Part shown: positions 1 to 10,840 of the stretch, in pieces
How positions within the stretch are numbered: the first letter of the stretch is position 1
How the letters are laid out: every line of letters begins with the position of its first letter
Origin: Candidatus Poribacteria bacterium
GTDB taxonomy: Bacteria > Poribacteria > WGA-4E > UBA9662
Reading direction: 5' to 3'
DNA: 64,000 nucleotides
Assembly: GCA_046582655.1 (NCBI GenBank)
Contig: JAYGDX010000068.1
Coordinates: 53,978-117,977, forward strand
The notes under the pieces: generated by a model
What the model saw: the letters and a program-made list of their open reading frames with translations, nothing else
Databases searched by the model: none
Told to the model about the DNA's origin: nothing
Program-made: the position numbers and the translations under genes

Positions 1-1
1 C

Positions 2-1516
2 AGGAATATCCTGAACTCGATTGCTGAAGAAATGGGAGTCGCGCTTTGCCGATCAGCCCTGTCAACAAATATCAAGGAAAGACGGGATTTTTCTTGTGCT
101 ATATTCAATCGGCACGGAAAAATGATTGCACAGGCCGCCCATATTCCAGTGCATCTTGGATCAATGCCCCTCTCAGTTTTGTCAGTAATTGAGGACCTTG
201 GGATGTCGAAAGGTGACATGGTTATTCTAAACGATCCATTCCGTGGTGGCACACATCTACCCGACATTACACTGGTTGCACCAGTTTTCATTGAGGAAGA
301 GACTCCAATTTTTTTTGTTGCCAATCGTGCTCATCATGCTGACGTTGGCGGAATAACACCAGGGTCAATGCCACTTTCAACCCATATAATTCAAGAAGGT
401 ATTCGCATTCCACCAATCAAGATTGTCGAAAATGACGAGATTCGGGGTGATGTGTTCGGTCTGCTGCTTTCTAATGTACGTACACCAGAGGAACGGCGTG
501 GTGATTTGGAATCACAAATATCGACCAACCGGATCGGGAAACAACGACTCATTGAAACTTCAGAAAAATATGGTATTACTGAAGTCAGCGATTATATGAA
601 TCAACTCCAAGAGTATTCGGCTCGAGTAATGCGACAAATTCTCTGTCATCTCCCAGATGGTTCGTACACCTTTTCGGATTTTCTCGATGACGATGGTATC
701 GATAACCATCCTATTGAACTTTGTGTAAAGATAACCATTGATGGTACAGAGGCTATTATCGACTTCACTGGGAGCGCTGATCAGGTCAAAGGAAGTATGA
801 ATGCAACATATGCTATTACAGTTTCCGCCGTGTTTTACGTTTTCCAGTGTCTTGCCTGTGGTGACATACCATCAAATTCAGGGTGTCTTGATCCAATTGA
901 AATCATTGCCCCAGCAGGTTCTATCGTAAACGCTCAATTTCCCGCAGCGGTGGCGGGAGGTAATGTCGAAACATCCCAACGGATTGTAGATGTCCTCCTT
1001 GGTGCATTAGCCAAGGCATGCCCGGATCGCATTCCAGCGGCAAGTTCTGGAACAATGAATAACCTAACTATCGGCAATCAGAATTACACCTACTACGAGA
1101 CAATTGGTGGTGGAATGGGGGCTAATCCAAATCGGGACGGTATTTCGGCCATCCAAACTCATATGACCAATACACTCAATACACCAATTGAATCAATTGA
1201 AACATCTTATCCTTTGCAAGTTGAAAAATATAGAATTCGATCCAACAGTGGTGGAGCGGGAAGATTTCGTGGCGGTGACGGTATCGTTAGATCCTTCCGT
1301 CTGCTTTTGCCTGCGCAAGTCACAATTCTATCTGAACGGAGAAAGTTTGCCCCATATGGGCTCGATGGTGGAGAATCAGGAGAGACTGGTCGCAATACAC
1401 TAAAACGGAACAATCAAGATATCGAGCTTGACGGAAAAGTAAGCTTCACTGGAGATAACGAAGACGTTATCGAAATTAGAACACCAGGCGGAGGAGGATT
1501 TGGCGCTTTGAAGTAA
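2..1516 (+). CDS. Hydantoinase B/5-oxoprolinase family protein (HyuB-like), 5' end cut by window edge
   Basis: The reading frame is open from base 2 ([15 protein letters not shown]...). Motifs [19 protein letters not shown] and GGGGFG are typical of the hydantoinase B/oxoprolinase family. TAA stop at 1514-1516. Confidence 0.85.
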   Translation, partial: RNILNSIAEEMGVALCRSALSTNIKERRDFSCAIFNRHGKMIAQAAHIPVHLGSMPLSVLSVIEDLGMSKGDMVILNDPFRGGTHLPDITLVAPVFIEEETPIFFVANRAHHADVGGITPGSMPLSTHIIQEGIRIPPIKIVENDEIRGDVFGLLLSNVRTPEERRGDLESQISTNRIGKQRLIETSEKYGITEVSDYMNQLQEYSARVMRQILCHLPDGSYTFSDFLDDDGIDNHPIELCVKITIDGTEAIIDFTGSADQVKGSMNATYAITVSAVFYVFQCLACGDIPSNSGCLDPIEIIAPAGSIVNAQFPAAVAGGNVETSQRIVDVLLGALAKACPDRIPAASSGTMNNLTIGNQNYTYYETIGGGMGANPNRDGISAIQTHMTNTLNTPIESIETSYPLQVEKYRIRSNSGGAGRFRGGDGIVRSFRLLLPAQVTILSERRKFAPYGLDGGESGETGRNTLKRNNQDIELDGKVSFTGDNEDVIEIRTPGGGGFGALK

Positions 1517-1560
1517 TTTTTTTTAGCCTCAACCTCCGTGTTACTATCTCCCAACTGACC

Positions 1561-1611
1561 AAAAAATCGACGAACCGTCAGAACTGATACCTGACACCTT
1601 TGTCGATTTTC
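1561..1611. terminator. Putative bidirectional hairpin terminator between convergent genes
   Basis: AAAAAATCGACG (1561-1572) pairs with TGTCGATTTT (1601-1610), with an inner GTCAG/CTGAC stem. An A-run lies on one side and a T-run on the other, between the hyuB-like and DUF1080 stops. Confidence 0.4.
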
Positions 1612-1616
1612 TTACG

Positions 1617-2150
1617 CTAATACTCACGAACGCGAATATTACGGAATGAAACCGGACCATGATCGCCCTGTAGCATCAATGGGCCTTTGGCCGGGTTATC
1701 ATCACCCAGTTGCCCACCAGTTGGACCATTAATAGTAACATTATCATGAATTTTTTTGCCGTTTAGTGTTACTGTCAGTACCATTTCCTTGAGTGTAATA
1801 TCCATAATTTGCCATTCACCCGCCGGGTTTGTGGCTTCTACGTCAGGACGTTTCTGGTTGTAAAGAGCGCCGTTCTCTGCAGGATAATCATAGGTTTTCC
1901 CCAAACTATCTAAAACTTGTAATTCGTAACGACCACGCAGGTAGATACCACTGTTACTCCCTTCAGGAAACAGATACTCAATGTGTAGGTCGAAGTCACC
2001 AAATTCATCCTCAGTAATAATATCAACAGCATGCTTTGTATTTTCAAGAATACCATTATGAGCAACCCACGCATGCTCTTGATTGGTGTGACGCATTCGC
2101 CAACCACTTAAATCTTTACCATTAAAAATTTCGATCCATTTACTGTCCAT
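1617..2150 (-). CDS. DUF1080 (3-keto-disaccharide hydrolase family, ConA-like fold) protein, no signal peptide
   Basis: The likely ATG at 2150 gives MDSKWIEIFNGKDLSGW. NSGIYLRGRYELQVLDS and GPLMLQGDHGPVSFRNIRV match the DUF1080 pattern. TAG stop. Confidence 0.8.
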   Translation of the reverse strand: MDSKWIEIFNGKDLSGWRMRHTNQEHAWVAHNGILENTKHAVDIITEDEFGDFDLHIEYLFPEGSNSGIYLRGRYELQVLDSLGKTYDYPAENGALYNQKRPDVEATNPAGEWQIMDITLKEMVLTVTLNGKKIHDNVTINGPTGGQLGDDNPAKGPLMLQGDHGPVSFRNIRVREY

Positions 2151-2489
2151 AATTATCTCCCAATTCACAAATATTTGTAGCATTCTAAGACATTAAACAT
2201 ATTGTAATAGAATTGCTAGATAAAAAACAAGCGCGGATATCGTCAAAAATCAATTTACGATTTTCCAAAATTATACCTACAATAAAACACATGATACTGA
2301 CTGTTGCCGTAATTTTTTCATGTCCTTAACCAGATATCACTGATAATCACATCCAAGTTGCAGGAAATTAACCCGCGCCGGTTAGAGTTTCAAGGAGTAT
2401 GAATTGCATTGAAAGAGTATTTAGAGTCCTTTTCTCTAGAATTCAGCCAAATTTTTGGGCCGCGTTGACACGTCCAAATTGGAACACGA

Positions 2490-2950
2490 TTGTAACTTAA
2501 TTGGACTTGATCTTTTCCCACGAAGCATTGAACATTGAATCGGCTGTTACATCGACTTGAACCTGCCCCCGCAGTGTTCAGTTTGTTATGGGCAGAAGAT
2601 AAAAGTCATTCCCTTGTGATTGCAGCTGTAAGCCAAATGATAAGATGAGCAAGAATGATCATTTTCGTTCTACGCTGCAGAAAGACAACTAGCGTGGTTT
2701 TGAGCCAAAATGTGTTCTCTTTGACAGTTGGTATTCTGGTTTATGACAACCTGAAAGCAATTGGCAATATCGGATGGATGTGGCTGACCAGGTTGAAAAT
2801 GAATAGTCTGCTTAACCCAGATGGTTTGGTCTAATTCAAATCAATCAACTACCAATTGGAGTCCTTGGCCTGACAGCTCATCTTAGAGGTTATGGTTAGG
2901 TCAAAATGTTCAATATAGTATCCACCAAACGATGCATTGAACGGGAAAAA
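2490..2950 (+). mobile_element. Decayed DDE transposase remnant (IS4/IS701-like)
   Basis: No ORF of 60 aa or more is present. Translated pieces read KNDHF, RGFEPKCVLFDSWYSG, DNLKAIGNIGWMWLTRLKMNSLLNPDGLV and LTAHLRGYG*VKMFNIVS. They are spread over at least 2 frames with several stops, and the DSWY...GW.WLTRLK.N pattern is typical of this transposase class. Confidence 0.5.
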
Positions 2951-3091
2951 GTCCGTTCCGACTAGGGACAACGGAATCATATTGGTTTGAAGTAAATAGG
3001 GGTTGTCCGCACCGCTGTCTGTGTATGCTTATTTAAATCTTTTTACCAATTATTTCCTGCTGCGCAACTTATATTGATTTAGGAATCACAA

Positions 3092-3949
3092 CTACCCGTT
3101 AATCCAGCGGTGGTACTCATTTAAGATAATCTCTCGTGAACAACTTGGTCGATACACCATCCGAGCATTAAAACCGTATTTAGTATTGACCTGATAATCA
3201 GGAATAATGAACTGGAAATCCCAAGCCGGGTTAGTAGTTTGATACTGGCTATTTGTTCCTCCACCAGATGGTGAATGGGTAATTCGGATACCTTCGTTAC
3301 GATCAAACATCACAATCCAGATATGCTCATCGAACAGCCCATAAAACAAGGGAAGTTGGTAGAGCATAGGCGAGAAGTTACGAAATAGCGCATCACCATA
3401 ATCGTGGTTGAAGGTCAGTTGCATGTCATCACCAACATGGCAGACTGTGCTTTCGTCGTTGTGCCGTTGGGTACAGAGTTGCGCCCAGTGTGAGTTGTCG
3501 TTCTGAAAATAGATGCTTTTATCAAGCGGTGCATTAATATAACTAGCCCAGAACAACCCAATATAACCACCTTCAAACACATGCTGGTGCGCCAAAAAAC
3601 GGAAATTGATATCTATGTAATACGGTTCAACGAATTTGAAGAGGGTCCAACTTTCAAGGAAAAACGTAGGTGTAGGTGGCTGATACAGTTCGGCTTCACT
3701 ATCCGATAGACGGCGAAACGTCATCGGCGCGTGACGCGGTTCAAAGAAGATTTCGGGTGAACCGTTGGTATGGCCGTCGAAAATATGTTCCAGATTCCAA
3801 CCAGCGTAGGTTGGAACAAACAGGTTTCGTTGACTGGATTCGTGTGTCAGGTGCCAGATTCCATTGTAGCCAACACGGTGGTCGGCGTCTGCCGCATTAT
3901 CTCCGACTATAGCGGTCAATTCACCAACTTTGAATGTGGCGGACTCCAT
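3092..3949 (-). CDS. Hypothetical protein, no domain recognised
   Basis: 285-aa ORF whose ATG is preceded by AAGGAGAA. Globular-looking composition (GYNGIWHLTHE..., AGWNLEHIFDG). Divergent from the PhyH gene. TAG stop. Confidence 0.6.
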   Translation of the reverse strand: MESATFKVGELTAIVGDNAADADHRVGYNGIWHLTHESSQRNLFVPTYAGWNLEHIFDGHTNGSPEIFFEPRHAPMTFRRLSDSEAELYQPPTPTFFLESWTLFKFVEPYYIDINFRFLAHQHVFEGGYIGLFWASYINAPLDKSIYFQNDNSHWAQLCTQRHNDESTVCHVGDDMQLTFNHDYGDALFRNFSPMLYQLPLFYGLFDEHIWIVMFDRNEGIRITHSPSGGGTNSQYQTTNPAWDFQFIIPDYQVNTKYGFNARMVYRPSCSREIILNEYHRWING

Positions 3950-4120
3950 GTCTTGTTTTCTCCTTTGCCTGATTCTCCGACTCCTCCGATTATAGCATCA
4001 ACATGAAAAATTGGGGATAAATTTTCTCGTTGATTTATGCGATACAAAATGTATAATGTCGGTAGCCAAAATACGTTTTCCAGATTCAAGAACATTTGTA
4101 CTGAACAAAGGAAACATCGC

Positions 4121-4960
4121 ATGAGCACATTCCATCTGACAGATCAGCAAGTAAGTTTTTTTCATACATTTGGTTATCTCAGTTTCCCCGGGTTAATGAC
4201 AGATTGTATTGAGGAGATTGAATCAGCCTTTGAAGCCCTATGGGCAGAAAACGGTGGTGGACACAATGGTCAGCCACATGATGGTAAAGCCAGATCCTGT
4301 ATAGCACAGTTTATTGGCCAAAGCGAGCGATTAAGCGCGTTGCTGGATGATCCACGTATTCTTGTTATCGCCAAAACACTACTTGGCGATAACTTCAATT
4401 ACATGGGTAGCGACGGCAATTACTACGTTGGTGATACCGGTTGGCATTCCGACGGATGGCGCAAGGAGATATTGCACATCAAGATCGCCTTCTACCTTGA
4501 TCCGCTGACTCGCGATACAGGTTGTCTCCGCGTAGTCCCAGGGAGTCACCTCCTCGGCGATAGCTATGCCGATTCGCTCTCCCAAAAAACTCGTAAGAGT
4601 CAGGAGTTGTGGGGAATCAGTGGGCAACAGGTGCCAGCCACTGATTTTGAAACGCAGCCAGGCGACGTGGTTTGCTTCAATCACAATATCAAGCATGCTA
4701 CTTTTGGTGGTGGTACCCGTCGACGTATGTTTACCATGAACTGTTGTCAGCGTTACCCGGAAGACCGTCTGGAAGATTTTCGCAACTACATTAGTGGTGG
4801 CGCCCGGTTCTGGGTCGAGCGAGGATATGGTGAGGTGATGATTCGCACAGCTGGACCAAAACGGATGCGGCATCTGGAACAGAAACTGGCTAACGACGGA
4901 CATCTGGCCGAACTCTCCCGCCAAGCTCGTAACGCTATGTCAGAACCTTCGCGAGGATAA
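4121..4960 (+). CDS. Phytanoyl-CoA dioxygenase (PhyH) family Fe(II)/2-oxoglutarate oxygenase
   Basis: ATG 4121 (MSTFHLTDQQVSFFHTFGYL) is a typical PhyH N-terminus. HxD in GWHSDGW and a distal His in NHNIKHATFGG. The ORF-track start at 4037 is probably an upstream extension. Confidence 0.8.
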   Translation: MSTFHLTDQQVSFFHTFGYLSFPGLMTDCIEEIESAFEALWAENGGGHNGQPHDGKARSCIAQFIGQSERLSALLDDPRILVIAKTLLGDNFNYMGSDGNYYVGDTGWHSDGWRKEILHIKIAFYLDPLTRDTGCLRVVPGSHLLGDSYADSLSQKTRKSQELWGISGQQVPATDFETQPGDVVCFNHNIKHATFGGGTRRRMFTMNCCQRYPEDRLEDFRNYISGGARFWVERGYGEVMIRTAGPKRMRHLEQKLANDGHLAELSRQARNAMSEPSRG

Positions 4961-5021
4961 TCTTCAGATATATCACAAGTCATAATAAATTTTCAACTTT
5001 AGTAAAAGAAAGAAAGGAAGT

Positions 5022-6090
5022 ATGAAGCCTAAATTTCGGGTTGGCATCGTCGGCGCCGTATCCAGTTACAGCCTGCATTATGGCCAGACGCTTTGGGACA
5101 TGCCGGGCATTGAGTTGGCCAGTTTGGCCTATCTGGGGCGAGACCCAAAATATATTAAACATTCGCTCAACCTGCCGTGGCTGGCTAAGTATCCGAAAAC
5201 GCTCGAAAGTTACGCTGAAACATTCAAAACGCAGATCTACGAAACAGTAGATCATAATGGTTGCAAGTAGCAAACCGGACGCGGTTTGTATTTGTGCCGA
5301 AGACTATCTGCATCAGCACTACGCCTTACAAGCAGTCGCTAGCGGGATGCATGTGTTCCTGCCTAAACCGTTTGCTCGTTCCAGTGAAGAAGCCGAGACC
5401 ATGTTCAAGGCGGCAAATACGAATAATCTAGTGATGGTTGGAAGTTTACCTCATCGTTTCCAAGCTGCATCTGCTACTGCTCGTCAAGCAATCGACGATG
5501 ATAAAATTGGATGTCCGGTTTCTGGTCACTTTTCCATCGCGCACCATCTCTCGCTAGGAGGTTGGAAGAGTGATCCTAGCATGGCCGCAGGGCCAGAACT
5601 GGAGGTTGGTTTCTACGCTTTTGATCTAATGCGGATGCTGATGAAAAGCGAACCGCAAACGATAATGGGTATTGGTGTCAATCTCGACCATCATGGAATT
5701 CCTTACATCGATAACGGTAAATGTATTATCAAATGCCAAAACGGCGCCTTGGCGTCAATTGATCTCATTTTTTCCATACACCAACCTTTTTCCGCTGCTC
5801 GAAAAATGCATGTAGTTGGTGATGAAGGGGCTTTAACGATAGAACCTGATCCGAACACTGATGGGGAGTGCGTCGCCATCTACAGACCAGATAGAATTGA
5901 GCGGCAGAAAATTCCCAAATGGGATCCCCACGCCAAGGAGTTAGGTGCCTGGATAGATCTCTGTCGGAACGGAGGAGATTCCACCAAATGGCAACAGGAA
6001 GGGTTGCGGACACTTGCGATGATTTCCGCTTACAAGCAAGCCTACCAAAACAACGAGATGTTAACCTTGGATCAGGAGGGAAAAAGTTAA
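5022..6090 (+). pseudogene. Gfo/Idh/MocA family oxidoreductase split by an apparent 1-nt frameshift
   Basis: ORF 5022-5270 carries the Rossmann start (MKPKFRVGIVGAVS). ORF 5257-6090 continues with SKPDAVCICAED...GMHVFLPKPFARS...RF in the +1 frame. Removing one A in GATCATAATGG (5250-5260) would fuse the two. Confidence 0.7.
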
Positions 6091-6845
6091 TGGATTGGTA
6101 CGGACATACTTTTGCATTCAAGGTTCGGGTGGATGTCGAGCATGTCGAAGCTCAAAGATATATCGGTGACTTTCGCATGACAAAGGTATCAGTGATCAAC
6201 CTTCTGGATTTGCTGGATGAAATTAGTGTCAAGTTATCGTTTTGCGTACTGGGCATTACGGCTGAGTTTTATCCCAATCTCATCGCCGAAGTTATCGAGG
6301 CTGGACATGAGGTCTACGGACACAGTATGTATCACGAACCTGCCTTAGCCGAACGGCCATTAACTGAACAACACCATGAAATGCGACGTATGCGGGAGGC
6401 TATTAAAAATGCTGGTGGGATTGACGTGCGCGGTGTTGGAATTCCTCATCACGGCATGGCAGACGAGAACACATTGCGTGCGATCGTAGAGGTGGGGATC
6501 GAGTACGTGGAATCAAGGTTTCAAGCTAAAAATTCAGTCCTCCCCAAATGGCGTTCCATCGATGGCACAAATCTCAAAGTGATTGTGCCGGGCGACCAGA
6601 GTCGTGGTGCTTCAGATTACACCGACCGGCGTCCGTATTGGGCTCAGGTACACGAGGAAACATTCAGTCCAACCAATGCCAAAACCAAGTGGATGGCAAA
6701 TATCGATTGGGCCAAAGAAAATGGAAGAATGGCACAGTTAGTCATCCATCCGTGGATGCTGATGGTCAACCCAGGCGAAGTCAAAGTAATAAAAGATCTG
6801 CTAATCTACGCCCGTGATCAAGGAGCTTGGATGGCAACCGTTTGA
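6090..6845 (+). CDS. Polysaccharide deacetylase (NodB/CE4-like) family protein
   Basis: The ATG overlaps the upstream stop (TAATG at 6088-6092) and follows GGAGGG. GHEVYGHSMYH carries the HSxxH motif, and the VRVDVEH acidic motif is present. No signal peptide. Confidence 0.7.
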   Translation: MDWYGHTFAFKVRVDVEHVEAQRYIGDFRMTKVSVINLLDLLDEISVKLSFCVLGITAEFYPNLIAEVIEAGHEVYGHSMYHEPALAERPLTEQHHEMRRMREAIKNAGGIDVRGVGIPHHGMADENTLRAIVEVGIEYVESRFQAKNSVLPKWRSIDGTNLKVIVPGDQSRGASDYTDRRPYWAQVHEETFSPTNAKTKWMANIDWAKENGRMAQLVIHPWMLMVNPGEVKVIKDLLIYARDQGAWMATV

Positions 6846-6893
6846 AGGGTTAATTAATTTGACACAAGACTAACACCCTAAAAGGAGAAGCAT

Positions 6894-7673
6894 ATGAAAC
6901 CAGGTTTTATGTCTTCGGTTTGCCCGAAGCAAACACTTTCTGAATTGATTGAAACGGCCAAAAAATACGGTTACCAGGGAATAGAGTTTCGGGTGGAATG
7001 GGACCATCAACACGGTATAGAGCTAAATGCTACCGACGAGGAACTTCAGCAGGCCAAGCAGCTGTTAACGGATAACGGTATCGTCGCCTCCTGTATTGCG
7101 ACTGGTGTTCAGTTTAACTCAGGTAATCGTTCTGACCACCTTTCGCAGCGCGACTCACTTCAAAAGTATATTGGACTGGCAGCCAAGATGGATGTTCCGT
7201 ACCTGAGAACTTTTAGTGATCCGGTTCCTGAAGAAGATGAAGTTGCCCGGAACGAAGTGTTGAATCTAGCTGCGGAATCTTATGCTTCCGTCGATGATTG
7301 GGCTAAACAACACGGCGTTCAGGTTTTGGTGGAAACACATACCAACATGCGGGCCCACTGGGCTAAGCAGATCTTAGATACAGCCAGTGCAGATAGTTTA
7401 AATATTCTGTGGGATGCTGGCCATCATTTGGGTCGGGGGCAATCGGTGGAGGAAGCGTATCCGTACTTATGCGGACAGGTATCGCACCTACACTTTAGAT
7501 CTAATCCCAGTAGTGAGACACTGACCGACGTTGACAATCAGCAGATCTTCAGCCTTTTAGCTGCTGATAGGTTTACAGGGTTCTTCTCGCTGGAGGTGAT
7601 AAATCCTGAAGATTCCGAGGCCGTTTTGAACCATCATATAGCCAAGTTCACCGAATTCATGAAGGGAATCTAA
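6894..7673 (+). CDS. Sugar phosphate isomerase/epimerase (xylose isomerase-like TIM barrel) family protein
   Basis: AAGGAGAA RBS. GYQGIEFR, LRTF, VLVETH and WDAGHH are typical of the AP-endonuclease-2/xylose-isomerase-like TIM-barrel family. Confidence 0.8.
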   Translation: MKPGFMSSVCPKQTLSELIETAKKYGYQGIEFRVEWDHQHGIELNATDEELQQAKQLLTDNGIVASCIATGVQFNSGNRSDHLSQRDSLQKYIGLAAKMDVPYLRTFSDPVPEEDEVARNEVLNLAAESYASVDDWAKQHGVQVLVETHTNMRAHWAKQILDTASADSLNILWDAGHHLGRGQSVEEAYPYLCGQVSHLHFRSNPSSETLTDVDNQQIFSLLAADRFTGFFSLEVINPEDSEAVLNHHIAKFTEFMKGI

Positions 7674-7721
7674 GTTGGCCAACCTGCAAGACCGCACGCA
7701 CAACAGCAAAAGAGCATTGCA

Positions 7722-9236
7722 ATGATGAACCAACAATCAAGCCCAAATTTTCTTGTTTTTATCGTTGATCAGATGAACAGTTTCAGCCTTGGATGCCATG
7801 GTAATTCAGATGTCCGCACACCCAATATAGACAAGTTATGCGCTGGAGGTACAAGTTTTGACCGCGCCTACTGTAGCAATCCGGTCTGTTCCCCCTCCAG
7901 AGCTACGCTCCATACCGGACTGACTCCCCGGCAACACGGTTTGGTCACCAACGGGTGTAAATTGACGGATCAGATGCCCACGTTGCCACAGGTGTTGGCG
8001 GACAATGGGTATCGTACCCATTGTGTTGGCAAGATCCATTTGCAACCATTCAGCACCTCTGACTTTGGCGAGGAAGGTCATCCCCTTTCGTGGGAGAGTC
8101 GCGACCTGTGGAATGAAGGTGTGATCGAAGGATTACCCCTACCATATTATGGCTATCAAACGGTGGACTATGTTGGTGGACATGTCAACTATGTCAACGG
8201 TGATTATATCAATGACGTGGAAGCACGGTCTCCAGGTACCAGAGCAAAACTGAGCCGGGCAGAGGCATACCATAGTGTACCGAAAAGTCAAGCTTGGCGA
8301 ATGCCAATTGATCCGGAATTGCACTATAATCATTGGATCGCAGACAGGTCGATGGACTTTCTCGATTCGGTGCCGGATGAGGATAATTTCTTTCTTGTCA
8401 CCTCTTTCCCAGATCCTCACCATCCCTTTGCTGCCTGTCGACCCTACAGCGAAATGTATGATCCCAACGAGGTCACCTTGCCGGAAACCTGGAACGAAGG
8501 TGAAGATCTCTGTGGTTACCTTCAACGGGATGCCAACACCGGGCACAGTTCGTGGGACGAAACCGCTTTACGAGAATCCATCGCCCAGACTTACGGTATG
8601 GTCACTCACATCGACGACAATGTCGGCCGTCTGCTCCAGTACCTTGATCAAACCGGACACGCCGACAACACTGTTGTAGTGTTTCTGTCTGATCACGGTG
8701 AGTATCTTGGTTCTCATCACCTGCTACTGAAAGGGAAGTGGCCCTACGAACAGGTGGTGCGTGTGCCGTATATCTGGAAAGATCCAAAAGCAAGAGCGAG
8801 AGGAAGATCTGATCAAATTGCCAGCCTGCTCGATTTTGTGCCGACGGTGCTTGATTATGTCAAAATTGATCAAATTCCTTTTAAGTTGCGTGCCGAGGGG
8901 AAAGGAACTACACCAACCCTGCCGGGGAGATCATTGCGAAGCTGGATTGAAGGAAATACAGAGTCGAGTGTCGGCGCCTTAGTCGAGTATGACGAAGACT
9001 TCTCTGCAGGACATATATGTCGCTACCGGATGTTTATTGAATCACGATTCAAGGTCTGTCTCTACGGAGGAACAGGGCAGGGGGTTTTGCTCGATCTGGA
9101 ACAGGATCCACATGAACGCCGTAACCTATGGACAGATAGCAGCTACACCAGCATCCGAAACGATATGCTGGCCAAACTGGCTGACCGATTGGCGTGGACG
9201 GATCGGCTTGATTCCCCTCGTTATTGTGGTGCTTAA
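7722..9236 (+). CDS. Cys-type sulfatase (arylsulfatase A family), no signal peptide
   Basis: NFLVFIVDQMN at the N-terminus, CSPSRATLHTG (CxPxR formylglycine motif), and FLSDHGEYLGSHHLLLKG. Confidence 0.9.
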   Translation: MMNQQSSPNFLVFIVDQMNSFSLGCHGNSDVRTPNIDKLCAGGTSFDRAYCSNPVCSPSRATLHTGLTPRQHGLVTNGCKLTDQMPTLPQVLADNGYRTHCVGKIHLQPFSTSDFGEEGHPLSWESRDLWNEGVIEGLPLPYYGYQTVDYVGGHVNYVNGDYINDVEARSPGTRAKLSRAEAYHSVPKSQAWRMPIDPELHYNHWIADRSMDFLDSVPDEDNFFLVTSFPDPHHPFAACRPYSEMYDPNEVTLPETWNEGEDLCGYLQRDANTGHSSWDETALRESIAQTYGMVTHIDDNVGRLLQYLDQTGHADNTVVVFLSDHGEYLGSHHLLLKGKWPYEQVVRVPYIWKDPKARARGRSDQIASLLDFVPTVLDYVKIDQIPFKLRAEGKGTTPTLPGRSLRSWIEGNTESSVGALVEYDEDFSAGHICRYRMFIESRFKVCLYGGTGQGVLLDLEQDPHERRNLWTDSSYTSIRNDMLAKLADRLAWTDRLDSPRYCGA

Positions 9237-9353
9237 TCGACAGCAGAACAAATAAATTTCCGCGCCCCTGGAGATTTTTCAGTAATTGCGTGCCCTCAAG
9301 ATGGCACGTATGCAATCTTTTTCAAAGACGACCTGAATCAAGGAATACTTGCT

Positions 9354-10823
9354 ATGAACAACCGTCCAAACATTCTAATTATTCAGTCTGACCAGCACCG
9401 AATCGACTGTATCGGAGCATATGGGAACTCAGAGATCCAAACACCACACCTCGATGCGCTGTCAGCGGACGGCATCAGGTATCAGCAGTCGTTCTGCCCA
9501 TATCCGGTGTGCACACCATCGAGATATTCATTTCTGTCCGGGCTTTATGTCCATCAGCACATGGGGCGGAGCAATCGCTCAACCTTGTCCCCCGTTATCC
9601 CGACCTTTCCGCGTGTTCTGTGTGATGCAGGTTATCAAACTAAAGCTGTCGGCAAGATGCACTTCACACCGACCTATCTGGACGTTGGATTTGAAGAGAT
9701 GTTGCTGGCTGAGCAGGCTGGGTCAGGGCGGTACGATGACGACTATCACCGATGGTTGAAGGAAGAAGGTCAGTTCGACCAGATTGATCTGATAGATCAG
9801 GTACAGGAGTATCGACAACAGACGTCAGCAGAATACTGGGATACTGTCGGCGCCATAGAATCGAACCTGGAGGAAAAGTACCACTCTACCACCTGGATTG
9901 GAGATTGTGCTGTCGAAAGCCTCTCCGATTGGAACCATGATCGTTCGCACTTGCTGATGGTGAGTTTTATCAAACCGCACCATCCGTTCGATCCACCAAC
10001 ACCGTGGAGTCGGATGTACGACCTAAACCGACTGTCACTACTGCCCGGATACACCGATTCACCCCTACAGCATGATCTGGATTTTCACGCTGGATTTTTC
10101 CCTTACGCTGAAATGACAGAGGAAAAGATTCGTGGTGCCATGGCTTATTATTATGCGACTATTTCTCAGATCGACCATCACCTTGGACGCTTAATAGACT
10201 GTCTCAAGCAAAAGGACTTATACGATAATACACTTATCCTTTATAACAGCGATCACGGTGAATATATGGGTTATCATCACCTGTTGCTGAAAGGTAATTA
10301 CATGTATGATCCACTGATCAAGGTGCCATTGATTATCAAGTATCCAGATCAAACCCAGGCAGGTACTGTTTCTGACGCCTTGGTCAACACCATCGACGCG
10401 GCACCGACGCTATTGAAACAAACTAGCTGCCAAGTCCCCGAAACTATGATGGGGCTGGATTTAATGGATTCAGCAGATCAGCGGGAATTCGTTTTCGCCG
10501 AAGCTGGTCGTGGCAGCGGATACATGGCTCGGTCAAAGACACGGAAACTTCTACTTCATCACCAGGAGAACCAATCCCAATTTTTTGATCTGGAGATGGA
10601 TCCGTACGAATTGAACAACCTCTTCTTCGATCCACATTGGCAGGACGAGGTTGCTGCCTTTCGGGAGGCATTGTTCAAATGGGCAATGTTTGATCATCCA
10701 ACTCATGCCTACCTAGACCCAACTTCTGCCATAATTCCGGCTAGGAACGCAGTTCACCATGATGATGGACATCGAGATGAGATCTACGCTTACTTTAAAA
10801 ACAAAATGAAAGGTAACGCGTAG
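9354..10823 (+). CDS. Cys-type sulfatase (arylsulfatase A family), no signal peptide
   Basis: PNILIIQSDQHR, CTPSRYSFLSGLY and NSDHGEYMGYHHLLLKG. A paralog of the preceding gene. Confidence 0.9.
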   Translation: MNNRPNILIIQSDQHRIDCIGAYGNSEIQTPHLDALSADGIRYQQSFCPYPVCTPSRYSFLSGLYVHQHMGRSNRSTLSPVIPTFPRVLCDAGYQTKAVGKMHFTPTYLDVGFEEMLLAEQAGSGRYDDDYHRWLKEEGQFDQIDLIDQVQEYRQQTSAEYWDTVGAIESNLEEKYHSTTWIGDCAVESLSDWNHDRSHLLMVSFIKPHHPFDPPTPWSRMYDLNRLSLLPGYTDSPLQHDLDFHAGFFPYAEMTEEKIRGAMAYYYATISQIDHHLGRLIDCLKQKDLYDNTLILYNSDHGEYMGYHHLLLKGNYMYDPLIKVPLIIKYPDQTQAGTVSDALVNTIDAAPTLLKQTSCQVPETMMGLDLMDSADQREFVFAEAGRGSGYMARSKTRKLLLHHQENQSQFFDLEMDPYELNNLFFDPHWQDEVAAFREALFKWAMFDHPTHAYLDPTSAIIPARNAVHHDDGHRDEIYAYFKNKMKGNA

Positions 10824-10840
10824 TCGGGAGATTCTCAAAT

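Noticed and set aside
2941-3091. GGGAAAAAGTCCGTTCC, faintly resembling the RNase P RNA GGAAAGUCCGG core
   Set aside because: The match is imperfect. The available non-coding space (about 150 nt) is far too small for RNase P RNA, and no other conserved regions were seen.
5250-5260. Programmed +1 ribosomal frameshift in the Gfo/Idh/MocA gene
   Set aside because: There is no slippery or prfB-like motif and no upstream SD-like stimulator in the right position. The context GATCATAATGG looks like a plain 1-nt insertion.
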